From assembly GCA_903820505.1 (NCBI GenBank), contig CAIJHQ010000045.1, positions 79,625 to 143,624 on the forward strand: a DNA stretch of 64,000 bases. Direction: 5' to 3'. This document shows, piece after piece, positions 58,275-64,000 of the stretch. The stretch comes from Candidatus Omnitrophota bacterium (lineage in GTDB: Bacteria > Omnitrophota > Omnitrophia > Omnitrophales > Aquincolibacteriaceae). Numbering within the stretch: the stretch's first letter is position 1; each line of letters starts with the position of its first letter. The position numbers were made by a program, and so were the translations under genes. Below the pieces are notes generated by a model that worked only from the letters and a program-made list of their open reading frames with translations, had not been told where the DNA came from and searched no databases.

Positions 58275-58327
58275 GTTTATTCTCCCTAGGGACAAGTCTT
58301 TACTGAAACCCTGTCTATGATCATGGT

Positions 58328-59101
58328 TTAAAGTTCATCCTTGGAAACCTGCCGGTTGAAGAATTTTCTCACATTCTCATTTTCTGCGTGCTCTTTCAGA
58401 TATTTGGGGTCGCCCTCGGCAATGATCTTCTTCGTCTTCTTGTCGAGCATGATGATCCGGTCGGCGATCGAATAAATACTGTCCAGTTCGTGCGTGACGA
58501 TCACGAAAGTGATGCCGAGGTTTTTGGCCAGGTTCAGGATCAATTGATCAAGCTCCGCGGACGTAATGGGGTCCAGACCCGCCGAAGGCTCGTCCAGAAA
58601 GAGGATCTTGGGGTCAAGCGCCATCGCCCGCGCGATCGCCGCGCGTTTCTGCATCCCGCCGGAGATCTCGGAAGGCATGTGGTGTTCAAATCCCTGGAGG
58701 CCGACCAGCATCAGTTTCAAGGCGGCCACGGATTCCCGCGCGGCCTCGGGAAGCTCCGTGAATTCCTCGAGGGGAAGCATCACGTTCTCCAGAAGGTTCA
58801 TGGAACCGAACAGGGCGCCGCTTTGATACATCACGCCGATGCGGTTGAGGATCTCGAGCCTCTTCGTCCCGTCGGCCGACGCAATGTCATCTTGCTCGAT
58901 CAGGATCTTTCCGGCTTTTGGCTTATAAAGCCCGATCATGTGTTTCAAAAGAGTGCTCTTCCCGCAACCCGATCCGCCGAGGATCACGAACACTTCCCCT
59001 CTTTTGATATTGAATGAAATGTCGTCAAAAATGAGGTCCGTGCCGTAACTCGCCGTCAGGTTCGTGACTTCGATGATCTCTTCCGTTTGAGTCCGGACCA
59101 T
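58328..59101 (-). CDS. ABC transporter ATP-binding protein, MlaF-like.
   Basis: Walker A GGSGCGKST, signature ISGGMQKRAAIARA, Walker B LFLDEPSAGLD. Confidence 0.85.
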   Translation of the reverse strand: MVRTQTEEIIEVTNLTASYGTDLIFDDISFNIKRGEVFVILGGSGCGKSTLLKHMIGLYKPKAGKILIEQDDIASADGTKRLEILNRIGVMYQSGALFGSMNLLENVMLPLEEFTELPEAARESVAALKLMLVGLQGFEHHMPSEISGGMQKRAAIARAMALDPKILFLDEPSAGLDPITSAELDQLILNLAKNLGITFVIVTHELDSIYSIADRIIMLDKKTKKIIAEGDPKYLKEHAENENVRKFFNRQVSKDEL

Positions 59102-59104
59102 GCC

Positions 59105-60244
59105 TTAGATCCCCAACGCGTAATAGATGGCCGAAATGACGCCGTCCAGAATTATGATCATGACCATGCCGGTAACGACCGAGGAGGTCGTGGATTCGCC
59201 CACCGCGGAAGCGCCCGTTTTGGTTTGAAGCCCGCGCAAGCACCCGATCCCCCCGATCGCGATCGCGAACGGGATCGCCTTGAAGATCCCGCCCAACACA
59301 TCGCCCAGGTCCACGGTGGACGTGATCTGATTCAGATAGGTCGCCGAAGAATACCCGAACGACTGGAACACGATCGCGCCCCCGAGCATCCCGAAGAAAT
59401 CGGAAACGACCGTCAGAAGCGGCGCCAGAAAAACGATCCCGAGCATGCGGCTGATCACAAGGAACCTCACCGGCTCCAGTCCCATGGTCGTCAGGGCGTT
59501 GACCTCCTCGTTGATCTTCATGGTCCCGATCTCGGCGGCGATGGCCGAACCGGTCCGCCCCGCGAGAATGATCGCCGTGATGAGAGGCCCGAGTTCCCGC
59601 AGGACCGCGAAGGCGACCACGTTCGCCACAAAAACATCCGAACCCATCTGCTTCAGAGGAAGCGCGGACTGGAACGCCATGATGACCCCGATCAGGAACC
59701 CGGCCATCATGATGAGCGGCATCGCGTTCGCGCCGCCCTTCTCGATAAATACCCAGACGTCTTTCCACCGGACGGTCCCCGGATGCAGGATGGCGTTGAA
59801 CATTTGGCTGACCACCTCACCGACAAAGGTGATCTGCCCGAAAAAATCGTCACGGAGCTGGACAACGGATTTTCCAAAACTCTCGAAGAACCCGACCCTC
59901 GCCGGCGGCTTGGAGGACACCTCCTGCGCGCTGCGGCGGTTTACAAAGTCGAACAGGGTCTGCAGATCGGGACGGAGTCCAAGTACTTGAAAGGCGGCCC
60001 TCGCGGATTCCTGGGACGCTTTGAGGTCCCGAATCAGCCCGATGCCTGCCATATCGCAATAAGTCAGGCCTGAAACATCCAGGACCAATTCTCGTGGCTT
60101 GGCGGTCTGAAGCAGCGTCATGGACTCCTGCCAGACATCGCCGGAGGTCTTTGCGCTGAAAATCCCTGAAAGCAGAAGAAGTAACTTTTCGCCCTTGGGG
60201 TCTTTCCTGATCTCGAGTTTTAGAGCCGGATCCGTCTTCGTCAT
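59105..60244 (-). CDS. MlaE-type ABC permease with an N-terminal STAS domain.
   Basis: The N-terminal ~100 aa are STAS-like (LVLDVSGLTYCDMAGIGLI). The C-terminal ~260 aa form an MlaE/Ttg2B-like permease with 5-6 TM helices. Confidence 0.8.
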   Translation of the reverse strand: MTKTDPALKLEIRKDPKGEKLLLLLSGIFSAKTSGDVWQESMTLLQTAKPRELVLDVSGLTYCDMAGIGLIRDLKASQESARAAFQVLGLRPDLQTLFDFVNRRSAQEVSSKPPARVGFFESFGKSVVQLRDDFFGQITFVGEVVSQMFNAILHPGTVRWKDVWVFIEKGGANAMPLIMMAGFLIGVIMAFQSALPLKQMGSDVFVANVVAFAVLRELGPLITAIILAGRTGSAIAAEIGTMKINEEVNALTTMGLEPVRFLVISRMLGIVFLAPLLTVVSDFFGMLGGAIVFQSFGYSSATYLNQITSTVDLGDVLGGIFKAIPFAIAIGGIGCLRGLQTKTGASAVGESTTSSVVTGMVMIIILDGVISAIYYALGI

Positions 60245-60367
60245 ATTAGTTCCCTGGAAAAAAGCGGTGAATAGGACCGATCCATGCTAATTCCGTGAAA
60301 GGTTTCTGTAAAAATTCAAGAACGCCGGTTTTTGCGACCGTTGCCGGACCCGTGTATTGAAAAAAAA

Positions 60368-60441
60368 TGGAGCGGGATACGGGAATCGAACCCGTCTGAC
60401 CAGCTTGGGAAGCTGGGACATTACCACTATGCTAATCCCGC
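60368..60441 (-). tRNA. tRNA-Gly (anticodon CCC), with CCA encoded.
   Basis: Hand-folded. Acceptor GCGGGAT/ATCCCGC, T-arm ACGGGTTCGATTCCCGT, anticodon loop TTCCCAA, discriminator U followed by CCA. Confidence 0.85.
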
Positions 60442-60450
60442 CCGGTGAAT

Positions 60451-61365
60451 TTAGATTTTACAGATTTTTTTCAAAACTTCCAGCCGTTTGTCGAAATGCT
60501 CACGCTTCACTTCGCGCAGTCTCTCGAGGCCGAATTTCTCGACCGTGAATGACGCCACGATCGTACCGTATGCGATCGCCGTCTTCATCGTCTTGAGGTT
60601 CACGTTGCGCGCCGCCGTCAAATACCCCATCACGCCGCCCGCGAAACTGTCCCCGGCCCCCGTCGGATCATAGACCGAGTCGAGAGGATAAGCCGGATAA
60701 ATAAAAACGCCTTCATGACTGTACAGGAGCGCGCCGTGCTCGCCTTTCTTGATGATCACATATTCCGGCCCCATGTTATGGATATGCTGGGCCGCCTTGA
60801 TCAAATTCACTTCTTCGGTCAACTGCCGCGCCTCTCCGTCGTTCATGAAAACCGCGTGGACGCGGCTGAGGACCTTTTGCACCGCGTCGCGCTTGTTCTG
60901 GATCCAGAAGTTCATGGTGTCGCAGGCCACGAATTTGAGCGAGGAACCGTGGACCTGGTCCAGCACGCTGAGCTGAAGGTCCGGATCGACGTTCGCCAGG
61001 AACACATATTCCGGGACCTTTTCATAGAGGATCTTGGGTTTGAAATCCAGCAGGACGTTCAGGTCCGTCTGGAGCGTGATGGCCGCGTTCATGTCGGCCT
61101 CGTACTTCCCTTTCCAGTGGAACGTCTTGCCCGGCAAAACTTCCAGATGGCTCAGATCGATCCCTTTTTCCTCGAGGACTTTGCGGTACTCCTCCGGAAA
61201 ATCCTTGCCGACCACCGCCACCACGCCGACGCGGGTAAAAAAACTGGCGGCATACGAAAAAAAGGACGCGGAACCGCCGAACACGGTTTGTTTGGACCCG
61301 AAAGGCGTGGAGAGTTCGTCGATCGCGACAGTTCCAATAACGATCAGAGAGGGCGGCTTTGACAT
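60451..61365 (-). CDS. PfkB-family carbohydrate kinase (ribokinase fold), possibly a heptose-7-phosphate kinase (HldE domain I-like).
   Basis: Contains GAGDSFAGGVMGY (PfkB GAGD motif) and an N-terminal LIVIGTVAIDE region. The heptose-pathway gene context supports the assignment. Confidence 0.7.
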   Translation of the reverse strand: MSKPPSLIVIGTVAIDELSTPFGSKQTVFGGSASFFSYAASFFTRVGVVAVVGKDFPEEYRKVLEEKGIDLSHLEVLPGKTFHWKGKYEADMNAAITLQTDLNVLLDFKPKILYEKVPEYVFLANVDPDLQLSVLDQVHGSSLKFVACDTMNFWIQNKRDAVQKVLSRVHAVFMNDGEARQLTEEVNLIKAAQHIHNMGPEYVIIKKGEHGALLYSHEGVFIYPAYPLDSVYDPTGAGDSFAGGVMGYLTAARNVNLKTMKTAIAYGTIVASFTVEKFGLERLREVKREHFDKRLEVLKKICKI

Positions 61366-61369
61366 GGTG

Positions 61370-62014
61370 TTATCCTTCAAGTAGTTTTTTCAATTGATAA
61401 GCGGCTTTTTCAGGGTCTTTCGCGGCAAAGATCGCGCGCACCACGGCGACCCTTGTCGCGCCGGCCGCGAGCAACCGCGGCAAATTCTCGGGGCCGATCC
61501 CGCCGATCGCGACCCACGGGATGCGGATCCTTTCTTTCGCTTCCTTTATGAAATCAAGACCTAGCGCCCGCACCTGCGGTTTTACCGGCGTCGCGAACAC
61601 CGGGCCGACACCCAGAAGATCGGCACCTTCCTTGACCGCTTTCACGGCTTGCGCGATATCGTGGACCGACTTTCCGATCCACAGCCGGTGTCCCGTCCTT
61701 TTGGCAAGCGCCCGCGCCCTCGCGACCGGCATATCTTCCTGCCCGAGATGGACACCGTCCGCCGAGGTCACCAAGGCGACATCGACCCGGTCGTTCACTA
61801 CGAACAATTTCCGCAGACTCGTCGCGATCTTCCGGACCTTTGTCCCGAGCCGGATCAGCGCGGCGTCCGGAAGACATTTGGCGCGCAGCTGAACGACATC
61901 CGCCCCGCCCCGGTACGCCTGCTCGATCTTCTTCAGGAACGTTTCGTCCCCGGTCGCAAGATCGGTCACCGCGTAAAGCCGGAAATCCCTGCGAGCCCTT
62001 TCTTTCCAGTCCAT
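61370..62014 (-). CDS. thiE: Thiamine-phosphate synthase.
   Basis: Motifs LYAVTD, VVQLRAK, VNDRVDVAL and DGVHLGQED, as in the TMP-TENI family. Confidence 0.85.
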   Translation of the reverse strand: MDWKERARRDFRLYAVTDLATGDETFLKKIEQAYRGGADVVQLRAKCLPDAALIRLGTKVRKIATSLRKLFVVNDRVDVALVTSADGVHLGQEDMPVARARALAKRTGHRLWIGKSVHDIAQAVKAVKEGADLLGVGPVFATPVKPQVRALGLDFIKEAKERIRIPWVAIGGIGPENLPRLLAAGATRVAVVRAIFAAKDPEKAAYQLKKLLEG

Positions 62015-62020
62015 GGAACT

Positions 62021-62494
62021 TCAGGCCAGCTTCAAAAGCTTGATGACCCGGGTCGAGGACCTCCCGCGAACGAACGGTATCCGCTTGACGCGGCCGCCCC
62101 AGGAAAGAACTTCCTTCGCCCCCACGATATCTTTCATCGCCCAATCCGCGCCCTTGACAATAACGTCGGGCCTCACCTTCAGGATCAATTTCAGAGGCGT
62201 TGTGTCCCCGAAAAGCACCGCGTAGTCGACACACTCAAGCGCCGTCAGCACCTTGATGCGGTCTTGCTCGGGATTGATGGGGCGGCTGGGCCCCTTATAG
62301 GCCCTGACGGACCGGTCGGTATTCATGCCGACCAGAAGGACATCCCCGAAGGATCTTGCTTTTTGAAGGTAACTCACGTGGCCGAGATGGAGGATATCGA
62401 AAGTCCCGTTGGTGAAAACGATCCGCTTACCCCGCGCCTTGAGGCGACGGACCGCTTGGGACAACTTTTTTTGAGTCAGGATCTTCGAGGACAT
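62021..62494 (-). CDS. D-glycero-beta-D-manno-heptose 1-phosphate adenylyltransferase (RfaE domain II / HldC-like cytidylyltransferase fold).
   Basis: Begins IVFTNGTFDILHLGHVSYL (HxGH nucleotidyltransferase). About 157 aa. Confidence 0.8.
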   Translation of the reverse strand: MSSKILTQKKLSQAVRRLKARGKRIVFTNGTFDILHLGHVSYLQKARSFGDVLLVGMNTDRSVRAYKGPSRPINPEQDRIKVLTALECVDYAVLFGDTTPLKLILKVRPDVIVKGADWAMKDIVGAKEVLSWGGRVKRIPFVRGRSSTRVIKLLKLA

Positions 62495-62521
62495 GGTTCC
62501 GGCCTTTTCAGGGTCCCGCGA

Positions 62522-63094
62522 TCAACCGAAGAGGAGCGTTTCCACGACTTCGCAAACCGCGTGCAAGGCCGTGATGTGCATCTCCTGGATGTGCGTGGTC
62601 TTGTTGGACTTCGCGATGAAACAGATATCCGCGGCGTCTTTCATGATGCCGCCGTCTTTCCCCGTGAAGCCGATCACGCGGATCCCCTGCTGCTTGGCCT
62701 GGCTGATCGCTTCCAGGATGTTCGGCGAACGCCCGCTTGTGGAGAGGACAATGAGAATGTCTCCCCGCTTGCCGAGCCCCTCGACCTGCCTGGAAAAAAT
62801 ACGGTCAAATCCGAAATCATTGCCGATGGCGGTCAGGGAAGCCGTGTCCGCCGTCAACGCGATCGCCGGAAGACTGATACGCTCCATCACGAACCGGCCC
62901 ACGAATTCGGCAGCGATGTGCTGGGCGTCCGATGCCGAACCGCCGTTCCCGCACAGAAGGATCTTGTTACCCGCCCGCAACGCCCCGATGATCTCGTGGG
63001 AGATCTTGCTTAGCACCTCAAATTGCGCCGCGGTGAACGTTTTCTGAAAGGTGTCCTGATGCGCCTGAGCGATCGTTTCAAAATGATTTTTCAT
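62522..63094 (-). CDS. gmhA: D-sedoheptulose 7-phosphate isomerase (SIS domain).
   Basis: Contains KILLCGNGGSASDAQH and the SIS motif ILIVLSTSGRSPN. The start is placed at the internal ATG at 63094. Confidence 0.85.
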   Translation of the reverse strand: MKNHFETIAQAHQDTFQKTFTAAQFEVLSKISHEIIGALRAGNKILLCGNGGSASDAQHIAAEFVGRFVMERISLPAIALTADTASLTAIGNDFGFDRIFSRQVEGLGKRGDILIVLSTSGRSPNILEAISQAKQQGIRVIGFTGKDGGIMKDAADICFIAKSNKTTHIQEMHITALHAVCEVVETLLFG

Positions 63095-63098
63095 GGGT

Positions 63099-64000
63099 TC
63101 ACCCGAAGAAGATCTTGGCAAGATCGTACAGCGCCACCGGCACGGTTTTAAGTTCTCCGACGGCATCCCGCAGGGGAACCGCCACGATCTCACGGCCGCG
63201 AAGGCTGACCATGTGACCGAATTTCCCTTCCTTGATAAGCTGAACGGCCTTCACACCGAACCGGGTCCCGAGCACACGGTCAAAACCCGTGGGCGCGCCG
63301 CCGCGCTGAATATGACCGAGCACGGTCGCACGCGTCTCATACCCCGTCTTCGCCTCGATAAGGTCCGCGAGCCGGTCCGCCACGCCGCCGAGACGGACAT
63401 GACCGAAGGCATCGAGTTCTTTCTCGACGGTCGTAAGATCTTCGCCCTTGATCGTAAATCCTTCGGACACGGCGACGATGCTGAAATTCTTGCCGCGCTC
63501 GCGTTGCTTCACGATATAACCGCAGATCTCGTCCACCGTCATCGGAACTTCGGGAATGAGGACCACGTCCGCGCCCCCAGCGATGCCGGCCTCCAGGGCG
63601 ATCCAACCCGCGTGACGGCCCATGATCTCGACCACCATCACGCGATCATGCGATTCCGCGGTCGTCCGGATGCGGTCAAGGCATTCGGTCGCGATATTGA
63701 GCGCCGTATCGTACCCGAAGGTGTAATCGGTCGCGTTGAGGTCGTTGTCGATCGTTTTCGGAACGCCGACGATCGGTAAACCGTCGACGGATAACTTGTG
63801 GGCCGCGCCGAGCGTGTCTTCACCGCCGATCGCGACGACACCGTCCAGGTGGTTCTTTTTGATCGTGTCACGGACTTTTTGGGCGTCCCCTTCTTTCTTG
63901 TACGGATTGGTGCGGGAAGTCCCGAGGATCGTGCCTCCGCGCGGCAGGATGTCGGCGACCGTGTTGAGATCAAGCTCCATGAATTCGTTCTGGATGATCC
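63099..64000 (-). CDS. pfkA: 6-phosphofructokinase (PfkA family, probably PPi-dependent). The 5' end lies beyond the window.
   Basis: Contains AIGGEDTLGAA (GGDD-type, with Asp at the Gly104 position) and GVPKTIDNDL (Lys124). The first ~60 residues expected for a PfkA are absent, so the gene continues past position 64000. Confidence 0.8.
   Translation of the reverse strand, partial: IIQNEFMELDLNTVADILPRGGTILGTSRTNPYKKEGDAQKVRDTIKKNHLDGVVAIGGEDTLGAAHKLSVDGLPIVGVPKTIDNDLNATDYTFGYDTALNIATECLDRIRTTAESHDRVMVVEIMGRHAGWIALEAGIAGGADVVLIPEVPMTVDEICGYIVKQRERGKNFSIVAVSEGFTIKGEDLTTVEKELDAFGHVRLGGVADRLADLIEAKTGYETRATVLGHIQRGGAPTGFDRVLGTRFGVKAVQLIKEGKFGHMVSLRGREIVAVPLRDAVGELKTVPVALYDLAKIFFG

Noticed and set aside
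59105-60244. The idea that the PAS-PP2C phosphatase regulates the STAS-MlaE fusion by dephosphorylation.
   Set aside because: The STAS domain has DMAG at the position of the SpoIIAA/RsbV phospho-Ser motif DSSG, so no phosphorylatable residue is evident.

Overview
This 64 kb window is high-GC bacterial chromosomal DNA with genes packed almost entirely on the minus strand. The cell is diderm: the window carries lptD, an Mla/MCE-type lipid-transport operon, heptose-pathway genes and rpoN. I found no CRISPR array, integrase, transposase or phage genes.

The window falls into three blocks:

- **Block 1 (1 to ~24 kb): a cell-envelope glycosylation supercluster.**
  - Five polytopic GT-C glycosyltransferases (ArnT/PMT-like and one YfhO).
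  - Five GT2 polyprenyl-phosphate-sugar synthases (DPM1/ArnC/GtrB-like).
  - A UPF0104 flippase-like protein.
  - A Zn-ribbon SAM methyltransferase.
  - An AlgX/AlgJ-like SGNH protein.
  - An unknown 543-aa protein.
  - A PEP-utilising dikinase-like enzyme at the distal end.
  - A nucleotide-sugar block on the same strand: ugd, rmlA, rmlB, rmlD and a UDP-xylose synthase.
  - Gene junctions in this block are typically 1 to 4 nt stop/start overlaps.
  - I did not see Wzx, Wzy, WaaL or an initiating phosphoglycosyltransferase.
  - I read this as a periplasmic, lipid-linked monosaccharide glycosylation system, possibly with an Arn-pathway-like UDP-GlcA to UDP-pentose to polyprenyl-P-pentose logic. 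This is the main candidate for an undescribed system.

- **Block 2 (24 to 41 kb).**
  - lptD, with a GTG start overlapping an upstream diguanylate cyclase.
  - A second GAF-type diguanylate cyclase and an orphan MalK-like ABC ATPase.
  - accD, which carries a near-consensus sigma70 promoter and a leader of about 140 nt.
  - rpoN on the plus strand.
  - tRNA-Thr(CGU), gltB-gltD, a NUDIX hydrolase and a long 6-phosphofructokinase.

- **Block 3 (41 to 64 kb).**
  - A DUF4136 lipoprotein.
  - A compact polyphosphate operon: ppk2, a ROK sugar kinase, ppx and ppk1.
  - A chalcone-isomerase-like secreted protein, an LCAT-like lipase and a DUF4105 protein.
  - A PAS-PP2C phosphatase.
  - An MscK/KefA-like channel coupled to an unknown 412-aa lipoprotein.
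  - A small Cys-rich tandem-repeat secreted protein.
  - An Mla-like operon: a PqiC-like lipoprotein, MlaD, MlaF and a STAS-MlaE fusion.
  - tRNA-Gly(CCC).
  - A heptose-pathway operon (PfkB kinase, thiE, rfaE-II-like, gmhA) that ends in a 5'-truncated PPi-type pfkA.

Many long plus-strand ORFs in the supplied track are antisense artefacts of GC-rich coding DNA and are not reported as features. Coordinates that I read directly from the sequence (tRNAs, promoter, repeats) may be off by 1 to 2 nt.
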